DNA of 32,389 nucleotides from Octopus bimaculoides (Eukaryota). The DNA is taken from the NCBI RefSeq assembly GCF_001194135.2, contig NC_068993.1:57914767-57947155 (forward strand). The letters are read 5' to 3'. How positions within the stretch are numbered: the stretch's first letter is position 1; each line of letters opens with the position of its first letter. Below the pieces are notes generated by a model. The model was not told the DNA's origin. It did not search any database and saw only the letters and a program-made list of their open reading frames with translations. The translations under genes were made by a program, and so were the position numbers. Shown piece by piece: positions 21,893 through 32,389 of the stretch.

Positions 21893-22043
21893 TCAGTAGT
21901 TTTATTTTTATAACGTGCTTTCACCTCACTACTGAGCGCAGCTCTGTGCACCTTGGGTATGTGCTGTGGTTTGCTGTGGTGCTCTTATGTTTACTGTATT
22001 TTACTGTGTTTTGCGTAGAATGTGTGCAGTACCCAGTAGTGCA
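21889..22043 (-). mobile_element. 5'-truncated R4/Dong-clade non-LTR retrotransposon 3' end inside a (TAA)n array
   Basis: The - strand encodes (I)ALLGTAHILRKTQ*, the C-terminal motif of R4-clade ORFs, then about 110 nt of 3' UTR; (TTA)n on both sides (about 21860-21888 and 22044-22098). Confidence 0.8.
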
Positions 22044-22099
<56 letters not shown>

Positions 22100-22152
22100 A
22101 TAAGCTTTATGAAATTAATATTTTCTCTGTTCTCTTTCTTTATTCTTCTCTC

Positions 22153-22967
22153 NNNNNNNNNNNNNNNNNNNNNNNNNNNNNNNNNNNNNNNNNNNNNNNN
22201 NNNNNNNNNNNNNNNNNNNNNNNNNNNNNNNNNNNNNNNNNNNNNNNNNNNNNNNNNNNNNNNNNNNNNNNNNNNNNNNNNNNNNNNNNNNNNNNNNNNN
22301 NNNNNNNNNNNNNNNNNNNNNNNNNNNNNNNNNNNNNNNNNNNNNNNNNNNNNNNNNNNNNNNNNNNNNNNNNNNNNNNNNNNNNNNNNNNNNNNNNNNN
22401 NNNNNNNNNNNNNNNNNNNNNNNNNNNNNNNNNNNNNNNNNNNNNNNNNNNNNNNNNNNNNNNNNNNNNNNNNNNNNNNNNNNNNNNNNNNNNNNNNNNN
22501 NNNNNNNNNNNNNNNNNNNNNNNNNNNNNNNNNNNNNNNNNNNNNNNNNNNNNNNNNNNNNNNNNNNNNNNNNNNNNNNNNNNNNNNNNNNNNNNNNNNN
22601 NNNNNNNNNNNNNNNNNNNNNNNNNNNNNNNNNNNNNNNNNNNNNNNNNNNNNNNNNNNNNNNNNNNNNNNNNNNNNNNNNNNNNNNNNNNNNNNNNNNN
22701 NNNNNNNNNNNNNNNNNNNNNNNNNNNNNNNNNNNNNNNNNNNNNNNNNNNNNNNNNNNNNNNNNNNNNNNNNNNNNNNNNNNNNNNNNNNNNNNNNNNN
22801 NNNNNNNNNNNNNNNNNNNNNNNNNNNNNNNNNNNNNNNNNNNNNNNNNNNNNNNNNNNNNNNNNNNNNNNNNNNNNNNNNNNNNNNNNNNNNNNNNNNN
22901 NNNNNNNNNNNNNNNNNNNNNNNNNNNNNNNNNNNNNNNNNNNNNNNNNNNNNNNNNNNNNNNNNNN
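22153..22967. other. Assembly gap (815 N)
   Basis: Run of N. Confidence 0.99.
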
Positions 22968-23004
<37 letters not shown>

Positions 23005-23096
23005 CATAGACACATATATGTATGTATCTATGTATCTATGTATGTATAAATATACATATGTAATGCAACTTACATGAGCACGCTTTGAAACAGGAA

Positions 23097-23143
<47 letters not shown>

Positions 23144-23559
23144 TACACATGTGTACACACACCCAATCTCCCCCACCACACAGACACACACACGCAGTCA
23201 TGCACACGTACACATACACTAATCAACGAATGCTTTTCTTCCTGTATATATATTTTTTTCATCTTTCTTCTCCGCCTTTATTCCCGGAAGTTGCTAAAAC
23301 GCCATGATAGCTTTCCTTGTACTCGTTTGTTACCTACTAATATATTGTACACCTTTGGGGCTGGCAAAACAGTAATTACGGGGGTATGAGGGTGTGGAGG
23401 CCGCACAAGTAGAAATCTTACGCAGCAATAAAATAATAGTCGATAGCTCGATAGCTCAGTCTGACAAATGTTACCACATTAACGTCTCAGAACAAGCTAT
23501 AATTTACTTTATTCCATTGATCTTCATACGTATTCTCGACTTTGCCATAGTACTCTTTG

Positions 23560-23784
23560 ATCTTGTATGTACGGATGTATGAATGTGTGAATGTACGTGT
23601 ATATGTGTATAGTTGTGGCTGTCTCTGTTTCTCTCTCTGTGTGTGTATTCATATACAAGTATTAGTTTGTACAAGTCAGTCGATGTATACATGTATGTGA
23701 ATGTATATATGATATCTATATATGCATGTGTGTGTGTATGATTGTAAGACTATCTATCGTTCTATCTATCTATCTATCTATCTG

Positions 23785-23823
<39 letters not shown>

Positions 23824-24175
23824 GTCTGTCTATCTGTCTGTCTGTCTGTCTGTCTGCGTGTTTGTTATCTTTCTATTTCTCTCTCCCTCTCTCCCTATGT
23901 ATGTATGTATGTATCTATCTATCTATCTATCTATCTATCGATCGATCTACCTAGCTGTCTATCTATCAACGTCCCTCTCAATCTATCTTTCTTCTCTCTT
24001 TCTCTCTATATATGTATGTTAGATATATATATATACACACAGACATGCACATATGTATTTGTGTATGCATTTACTTATGTATATGTGTGTGTGTGTGCAT
24101 GGATGTGTTCATATGTATATGCATATATTGCCACATGTATTATTAAAGTATATGTACATGCATATTTGAAAACAG

Positions 24176-24229
<54 letters not shown>

Positions 24230-24535
24230 ATAAATACATGTATTGCTTTAGTTAAAATGGTTCAAAGAAAGTAAAGAATTAACGAATACATTCAAAGAAC
24301 TCATAAAGACAGAGGCATATGCATACGTTTGTGTGTGTGTGTATGTGAGAGAGAGAGAGAGAGAGAGTGAGAGAGTGAGTGTGAGCGTGTGTGTAAGAGA
24401 GAGAGAGCGAGAGAGAGAGAGAGTGTGTGTGTGTGTGTGTGTGTATGCGTGTGCGTGTTTGTGTGCGTGAGAGAGTTTGTGAGTGCGCGCTGAGAGTGAC
24501 CATGTGTGCATATGTGTGTGCGTAAGACAGAGAGA

Positions 24536-24597
<62 letters not shown>

Positions 24598-24811
24598 GTG
24601 TGTGAATGTGTGTGTGATATGCAGATACACATGGTCCACTGTATAGCAGGAATGGCGTAAACGCGACATTTATAAACTGAAAGTGCTCTACGCTTGATTT
24701 AGTCGGGTCTACGACCAATGTCAACGTGAATAAAATAAACGAAATCATTGAAAGTCGGTTAAGTGCGTGTAACTATTTGTGTGTGTATATATATATATAT
24801 GTATACATATG

Positions 24812-24861
<50 letters not shown>

Positions 24862-24862
24862 C

Positions 24863-24931
<69 letters not shown>

Positions 24932-24932
24932 C

Positions 24933-24965
<33 letters not shown>

Positions 24966-25280
24966 AATTCATATATACGTATGTATATGTATATATATAC
25001 GTATATGCATTTATAGCTGCACGTTTATAGTAATATATATAGCTGTATATAATCATATACTATATGTATATAATAAATATACTTAAATTCATGAACGTAC
25101 AAATATATGCAGGTGTATCTTTATCTATACATACATGAATACATACCTGAATACTTTCGTGTGTGTGTTTGTATGAAAGTATACACAGGCACACACACAC
25201 ACATATGTAGAGGTACATAGTCCATACATAACTCTATGTATGTCTATCATGTGTGTGTGTGTATGTGTGTGTTGTGAGTG
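23560..25280. repeat. Large compound microsatellite domain: (TATC)n/(TGTC)n, (CA)n, (GA)n, (TG)n, (TA)n
   Basis: Direct inspection; short unique spacers near 24250-24320 and 24625-24775. Confidence 0.93.
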
Positions 25281-25689
25281 TTTGCGGGTGCGTGTCTTGA
25301 GGCAGGATTGAATGCGAATGATTCCGTAGTAATAATCTCTCTGCTATTTAATGTATAATGTTATACTTATTTTTCTTTTATCTTTTCTACTAAAAGACTT
25401 ACAACTTTCAAAGTTACAAACGCTAAGGTTTTCTAGGGACGGTCGATTATTATTATTATTGATATTATTATTATTATTATTGGTGTTGTTGGCTTGAGTG
25501 TTGTTGTTTTTGTTTCCTCCCATTTCTTTCATCGTTTTTTTTTCTTACTTTTCTCTTTTCCCTTTCTCATTTTGGCGTTGTTCCATTATCGTTATATTAT
25601 GTTAATTCAGTCGATTTGAGATAAAAAAAAAATGTGGCGGTTGGAATGGGAAGAAGACTGATGACGAAGAGAGTGCGAGAGGCTGAGTG

Positions 25690-25955
25690 AGAGGAGGAGG
25701 ACGACGACGAAGAAGGAGGAGGAGGAGGAGGAGAAGAAGAAGAAGAAGAAGAAGAAGAAGAAGAAGAAGAAGAAACAACAACAACAACAACAACAATAAC
25801 AACAAAAAGATGATGATGATGATGATGATGAAGCGGAGACGGACAGAGAGTTACGGAGAGCTAGTGAGAAATGAGAGAGAGAGAGAGAGAGGGTGTTATG
25901 AAATACTGAAATGCGGAAGAGAGAATAAGAGAGAGTGTATGTGAGAGAAAGAAAC

Positions 25956-25991
<36 letters not shown>

Positions 25992-26300
25992 TAAGATGGG
26001 ACATAGAATGAAGTGAGACATAGATGCGAAAATAAGAGAGATGGGCAGAGAGACAGATGAAGTAGGAGTGTAGCGATGAAGAGAAGGGTGGAAGAGAATG
26101 AGGAAAGTAAGGAATAATTAGGGAGAGGAGAGAGAAAGAAGTTGGAAAATGGTGCTTGTCATTATGCAGGGGATTGATGAAGAGAGATGTGGGAAATAAT
26201 AGATGAAATCGAGAAAGATTGTTTGGTGATAAAGAGAAAGAGAGCGCGAGATGAGAGAGGGGAGTGTAAGAAAAGTGAGTAGAGAGAAATGGCGAGAAAT
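25690..26300. repeat. (GGA)(GAA)(CAA)(GAT) compound repeat followed by a GA-rich polypurine tract
   Basis: Direct inspection. Confidence 0.92.
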
Positions 26301-26908
26301 TGAAGAAATGTGTTTGTTGTGAATCAACCGAGCAGAAACAAAGATAGCTGAGTCAATGGGCTATCAAATAATCAGTTGAAGTGATCGATAGTTCAAATAT
26401 GTCCACTACCACAGTATTGTGCATGCGGTACAGGACATTTAACTCTCAGATGATTGCACGTATCATAGAGTTATGTAGTCTTATAGATATGAAAGTTAGA
26501 ACAGTTTTATCGTAAGGAGTCGGAAGGAGACGTGTGGGACTGACGAGTATTTTGATTTGTCTGGAAGAAAGCGAGTATTGGAGTGAGCGAGATTATCAAT
26601 ATATATTCTGTCGAACAGGGGCATGGACCGGGTCAAACCTGATAAAGGTCGGTAATCAGAATTCTATAGGTTCAACGTGAAGTCATTGAGCTTCTGTGAA
26701 GAAAAAAGAAATCTTCCTAAAGCACAATTTTAACGGATTAGAAACGGATAGAGAAACGGGCGGTAACTTGGAGGTTTATGCTCATAGATCTGCTTGATCA
26801 GTACAAAGATGAAAATGAATTTTAAAAAATGTGATGTTTGAGAGACACGAGGCTAGCAATTTCGACGAGAGGAGTTTATCGATAATTTCAATCTTAGTAC
26901 TTGACAAT

Positions 26909-27121
26909 GGTTTCAAAATTTGGCACAAGGCTAGAAAGTTTGGGACAGAAGTTAAGTCGATTACATCGATCTCAGTACTCGACTGGTGCATATTTCATCG
27001 ACTCTAAAAGGATAAAAAGTAAAGTCGACCTCGATGGTATTTGAACTTAGAACGATAAGACGGACAAAACACCGCTAAGTATTTTTGCCTGGCGTGCAAA
27101 CGATTCTGCGAGCTCACTGCC
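26909..27121 (-). mobile_element. Full-length diverged family A SINE
   Basis: aatttggcacaagg...aagtcgattacatcga...aaagtcgacctcga...ccgctaagtatttttgcctggcgtgc...gagctcactgcc is colinear with 12450-12657. Confidence 0.88.
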
Positions 27122-27184
27122 TTACACATGTGTAATATTGTTATGTTCAGTCAGGTTCTAAGAGAAAGAATCTGTAAATATATA

Positions 27185-27310
27185 TGTGTGTGCGACAGAA
27201 AGAGAGAGAGAGGTGAGTGAATGAGTGAGTGAGTGAGTGAGTGAGTGAGTGAGTGAGTGAGTGAGTGAATGAGACAGAGAGTGAGACACAGCCAGAGACA
27301 GAGAGAGGGA
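27185..27310. repeat. (GAGT)n/(GA)n microsatellite
   Basis: Direct inspection. Confidence 0.95.
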
Positions 27311-28140
27311 CAAGAAGCTCCTAGGCCCGGCACGCGAAAAGCCAGGTAGAAACAGAATCTTGGGTAGAGTAGGAAAGTAAGGTGTGAGTGAGTAATACAA
27401 AAACTATGAAAGGTAAGAGAAAGCAAGGAGAGAGAAACTTTTCTACATGACTTACAGGTGCAATTTAACTGATGTGCTTCCATAGAGTTTCTGTCAGCCA
27501 AATTCCAGATACAGAGCACGCTGAAAACTGCACCGGGTGCGCCCACGGTTATTCTAAAGCATGAATGCACAAATGTACTTACATGTACTTACATCTCTAC
27601 CTACACATGCACGTATATACGTACATAGATGGATTATAGGAAAATGAAAATCAATGTTAAAGAAACAATCAAACTGTATCCAAGTAATTATATAATTATA
27701 TATGAGTATGTGTGTATGTGTATATATATATATATATATGTATGAATGTATGTATGTATGTATGTGTGCATGTATGTATGTGTGTGTATATGTGTGTACG
27801 TATGTATGTATACAAATATATAAAATTAATGTTAATCTGACTTATCTAAGAACTTTTTATGAAATTAATTTTAAATTTAAGAAAATCTTTTTACAAATGC
27901 CTACATATATATATATGTAGGCATAATAGATATACACACACACACACACGTCCATACCTATATGTACATGTGTGTGTGCACCCGCGCACGTGTGTGTGTT
28001 AAAGTATGTATGTTATATAAAGAAGAATACACACATATTAGGGATTATCTTATTTATAAACTGAAAGATTATTCTTGGCAAAAAATATCAGTGCAAAATC
28101 TACAAACATACTTGCGTACACACGCATGGCGTGTTATATA

Positions 28141-29023
28141 CTAGCTGAATGACCCGGCGTTGCCCGGCGTACTGATTTTCTTATTCAGATTAGTAGACAA
28201 TAGATATAAAGATATATTCTCCTAATTATTTCAAAATATCTATATTTTATTTTAAAATATCCAAATTGTTATGATAGAATTTCGTACTGAAAATCTGTCA
28301 ATGTTGAAGCACCTTGCGGTAAACAATATTCATTGTGTAATTTTTTGTTGGTGTTGAAATAAATAAATTGTTGCTGTTTCCAACTCGCGAGCAAGCAACA
28401 TAGTATAGTTTTGGGTGTGAGAGAAGAATGTAGTGGAGAGATCAAGTGCAACTACCATGAGGTATTGACCCTGAGATTTGTCAATTGAAATACGAAAATT
28501 TAGTTTGACTGAAAACGGAATCGTCTTAAATTCAAATGGAACATCTGTAGGTTTGAGAGGAATGTTTAAAATAAATACATTTTCTCCTTTGTAACTACGG
28601 GTTATAATTGTTGCCCGTAGTACACGGGGATTCATGGAAGTAACAATTAAGCAAGTTCCATTACATAGGGGAGATGTCAAGTTATGCGGTAGCATCCCAG
28701 TGGGTCAAAGTGTGTTCAGAAATTTAACGGGGTATTGAATAAGCCGATCTTGATCGACTGCTGTTAATTGATCGAAAAGTCATTTCTGATGTGTCAGTTA
28801 ACTTTAGAAGAAGTTCATAATTGAGTTTATTAACCGTTTCATTATTTGGAGCTAGTATAGTTCTTTCACATAACCAGTTTACATCTATATAAATGACAGA
28901 TAAATTAGGAAATACTTGATCCATACGATCCCTACGAGAAAGTATCATTCGACCATGTGTAATTTCATGTAGCTAAAGTCTTGAGTTGAATGCTAATATC
29001 CCATTACCAATCATCAGAAGCTC
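28141..29023 (-). mobile_element. Helitron 3' portion (rolling-circle transposon relic)
   Basis: The - strand ends ...GCCGGGCAACGCCGGGTCATTCAG-CTAG followed by T (subterminal hairpin plus CTAG 3' end), preceded by Pif1-type helicase motifs. Confidence 0.93.
28298..29023 (-). pseudogene. Disrupted Helitron RepHel Pif1-like helicase C-terminal region
   Basis: ELLMIGNG...DQVFPNL...WLCERTILAPNNETVNKLN...QYPVKFLNTL*PTGMLPHN...LCNGT...SIDKSQGQ...FSH / YVACSRVG...NIVYRKVLQH*; at least two in-frame stops and two frameshifts (about 28760 and 28410). Confidence 0.92.
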
Positions 29024-29024
29024 A

Positions 29025-29250
29025 TATGACAAGATCAGTAAATATTAAAACTTGCTAATAGAAATTGAAAAAAATTTGGTATCTCAAAGCGACTACCGTA
29101 CCAGTGATTGTAGGATCTCTAGAAATGATTAAAAAAAAATGGTACTGAAACCTATTTGAAAATGATACCAGGCCTACCATCCTATAGAAAGTGCAAAAAA
29201 TCTTGTTAACTGGAACGACTCATGAACTGAGAAGAGCATTATCGCTGTGA
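29025..29250 (+). pseudogene. Disrupted C-terminus of an R4-clade (restriction-like endonuclease) retrotransposon ORF
   Basis: Across three frameshifts: YDKISKY*NLLIEIEK / IWYLKATTVPVIVGSLEMIKK / NGTETYLKMIPGLPS / VQKILLTGTTHELRRALSL*, matching the KY..L..EI..MW......P.IVG.LG...QK..L.GT.H.LR pattern of R4-clade proteins. Confidence 0.78.
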
Positions 29251-29426
29251 AAACAACATCCATTCGTGAATTTATTTATTTATTAATTTTTTTAAAATAC
29301 ATATTTTACCTGTAAATTTGCGTGTGTAAACTGGGAATACATACAATGAGCTTCTCTGCCCAGGATGTACGGAAAATACTCGGCGAGAAATGGAAGAAAA
29401 TTTGAAGAAAGAAGAAAAAAAACGAC

Positions 29427-29500
<74 letters not shown>
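29025..29500 (+). mobile_element. Second 5'-truncated R4/Dong-clade retrotransposon 3' end with (TAA)n tail
   Basis: Decayed C-terminal coding segment, about 175 nt of 3' UTR, then about 24 TAA units (29428-29500). Confidence 0.8.
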
Positions 29501-29744
29501 TTGATATGCTGGCTTCTAGGGGAGCGTAGTTGCTACTGATTCTTCCTTAAGTCACGACAATTCCCTTTTTCCGGAGGCTGGTTCGAATACTCATAACAGA
29601 GCAGACACCGCAAAAGGTACCACATGGTGGACGAAGTTGCTGCAAAATAAGGAAAATGTGACGTGTTTTAAATCAACTTCTCAAAAGAAGGAAGCCTCTC
29701 CACCATCCGAAAAACAGAATAGAGACAGCAAATATAACTGTATA

Positions 29745-30200
29745 TCAAATTCTCCTTTCTCTCTCACTACGAGCTCTCAACTCTCTGTCTCTCAAAATTT
29801 ATGCCTCTCTCTCTTCCCTCCCTCTTCTCTATCTCTCTTTCTCTTTCTTTGTTTCTTTGTTTCTTTGTTTCATTCTTTCTGTCTGTCTCTATTACAACTA
29901 AATTTCATATCCCTTTCTTTTCCGCCTCTCTTATTCTCTCCCCAGTTTTGTGACCCCTATATTACTATCTCTGAGTTTCTTTCCCTGCTTCACTTTCTCT
30001 TTCTCTCATCTATCTCCCTCTCACTTCTCTCTCTCATATTCTTTCTTAGTTCCTCTCTCCCTTTCTCTCGTATTCTCTTTTACTCATTCTGTCTGTCTGT
30101 CTCTCCCTCTCCCTTCCTCTCTATATCTCTCTCACTCATCCTCTTTCAATACTTTCATCTCTCCATCCCTACGTATTCTACATACAGACATACACACTTC
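29745..30200. repeat. CT-rich polypyrimidine low-complexity tract
   Basis: Direct inspection; source of the 213-aa and 88-aa S/L/F-rich ORFs. Confidence 0.92.
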
Positions 30201-30619
30201 CTATCTTCAAAGTTGAAAAAACAAAAAAACAAAAACAAAAAAACATTAGCCAAACCCCACCATGTCGGAAATCAATAGCTATATATTTGTTTATTACTGC
30301 TGCTGCGGCTGCCATTTTTCTACAAAGACATGAAACAACAGACAATCTGGTAACCATAGTAACTGTAGAATGTCACATGTTGTTTAGACTTAAAATTTAG
30401 CAAAGGAATATTTGCCACACACTTTTGATCTCTCCCAGTATAAATCAATCGGTCATCTCTTTGTTGTTTCGAGCACCATATAACTACCTCTCATTCTCAC
30501 TTTCCTTCTCTCTCTCTCTCTCTCTCTCTCACACTCTGAGTATATACACTACACATACATATGCACACAGTTAAAATAATGTATATACATACCTATATAT
30601 GACATGTGATATATATATA

Positions 30620-30958
30620 NNNNNNNNNNNNNNNNNNNNNNNNNNNNNNNNNNNNNNNNNNNNNNNNNNNNNNNNNNNNNNNNNNNNNNNNNNNNNNNNN
30701 NNNNNNNNNNNNNNNNNNNNNNNNNNNNNNNNNNNNNNNNNNNNNNNNNNNNNNNNNNNNNNNNNNNNNNNNNNNNNNNNNNNNNNNNNNNNNNNNNNNN
30801 NNNNNNNNNNNNNNNNNNNNNNNNNNNNNNNNNNNNNNNNNNNNNNNNNNNNNNNNNNNNNNNNNNNNNNNNNNNNNNNNNNNNNNNNNNNNNNNNNNNN
30901 NNNNNNNNNNNNNNNNNNNNNNNNNNNNNNNNNNNNNNNNNNNNNNNNNNNNNNNNNN
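30620..30958. other. Assembly gap (339 N)
   Basis: Run of N. Confidence 0.99.
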
Positions 30959-31829
30959 CATTTATCATACGCACGAAAGTATATATATATATATATATAT
31001 ATAAATATAGTTGCAGATATCCTCCGGATTAATGTGAGTGAGGGCGGCATATATTTTTGGTTTACGACAATTGGTGGTATAAGTATTTGATGTATATAAT
31101 ACAACCGCATCTATATGTATGCCTACATATAAGTATATCTGAATGTCTATATGTACGCATGTATGCATGTATGTATGAATATAAGCGCGTTTACTTCTGT
31201 GTATGTAAGTATGGATGAATGTACGTATGCTATTTTGTATGTGTTTGAAAGAGCGGCCAAAGATCAAGATTTTGATATAGTGTAGAAATTCTTTGCCTGA
31301 CTGGCCATCAGAGACCAATAATCGTTAAAGTGCTAATTAACGCCGCAAAATTACAATATTTCTCTCTTTTCTAATCCGAAAATACAAAAAGCTTTCCAGT
31401 CACCTGAACTCCATCAACCTCATCCTTCCATTAATGGTCAAGCTTATGTGTGAGTCATTTACATCATTGCTTCTTATGGTCAAAATGCCAACTAATTTCC
31501 AGCACTAAAGAAAAGTGTATTCTTGTGACCAGCCCTCTATTTCGCTACTAAGATTAATGTAAAAATAATTATATAGTTTTCATTTAGTAATTTACAAGCC
31601 AGGTACACCAACACACACGCCCATAAACACATGTGCATATACACGCGCATACACATACACACATGTATACATGAAATTGTACACCTATGTATATACGTAC
31701 ATAAAAGGTTTTAGAACATCCTCATCAATTAATAGGTGTTTCTGCTAAACGTTAACTCCTCTAGCAAGCTGCTGCTTATATAGTTTAGTTCAAGCGAACT
31801 TGTCCACCGTCTGAGAAATCATTAGCATA

Positions 31830-31900
31830 GTGAGCCAATGACAGGACACAGGACGCTTTATGTGGTTCATCAACTCACTAGAAACAGCAGCCACATCTCT
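31830..31900 (+). mobile_element. Family D repeat tail fragment
   Basis: ctagaaacagcagcc is shared (inverted) with 13188-13202. Confidence 0.4.
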
Positions 31901-31902
31901 CT

Positions 31903-31947
31903 CTGTCTCCGCCTGTCTGTCTCCGCCTGTCTGTCTCCGTCTGTCTG
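31903..31947. repeat. 14-bp tandem repeat (ctgtctgtctccgc), about 3 copies
   Basis: Direct inspection. Confidence 0.9.
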
Positions 31948-32221
31948 AGTTTGTTTGTTCCGGTTTAATGATAAGGTTCAATCCATAGCTTGGCATCAAG
32001 CATCTTCGCCAAAGACTAAGAACGCAGAGAACATTGTTCTTTACAGTTATTTACTGTGGCCAGATTTACGGATGTTAGGTGTATTATTATCTTTGAATTT
32101 TAGGAGCGTCGCTGTTATATACGTATATACACAATCATATGTGCCTGTTTTGTTTTTTTCTTCTTGTATCACGAGATCATTATGCCAATAATATGCACAC
32201 GCAGTTGTTCCATTTCGTTTC

Positions 32222-32233
32222 TTTTTATTATTA

Positions 32234-32285
<52 letters not shown>

Positions 32286-32293
32286 CATCTTCC

Positions 32294-32351
<58 letters not shown>

Positions 32352-32389
32352 CATCTTCCTTATTATTATTATTATTATTATTATTATTA
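32222..32389. repeat. (TTA)n array with a duplicated TCATCTTCC interruption
   Basis: Interruption at 32285-32293 and 32351-32359; the array runs off the window end. Confidence 0.97.

Noticed and set aside
716-31110. All long ORFs containing X runs or YIYI/CVCV/THTH/poly-amino-acid tracts
   Set aside because: They are open only because N gaps and simple repeats lack stop codons.

Overview
AT-rich, microsatellite-dense animal genomic DNA with no confidently identifiable host protein-coding gene; it reads as intronic or intergenic. The repeat families and simple-repeat load look like a cephalopod (Octopus-like) draft assembly, which is an inference from recalled repeat sequences, not a database result. 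About 4.7 kb (about 15%) is eight N gaps, seven of them with a (TA)n run on at least one side. Nearly all long ORFs in the supplied track are artefacts of Ns or simple repeats. Supported content: many tRNA-derived SINE copies of at least three families (one nested with an ATTCAA target-site duplication), a mariner-derived MITE, a Tigger/pogo-like MITE, a decayed Helitron (3' hairpin, CTAG end, broken Pif1 helicase), and two different 5'-truncated R4/Dong-clade retrotransposon 3' ends attached to (TAA)n arrays, one fused bluntly to the Helitron. Best leads: the TAA-targeting retroelements, the Helitron/R4 junction, a pre-miRNA-like hairpin at 163-245, and an unexplained CpG-richer island with a 45-bp duplication at 10.7-11.7 kb. 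I found no evidence of a novel multi-gene system. Element boundaries are approximate unless tied to a stated motif.
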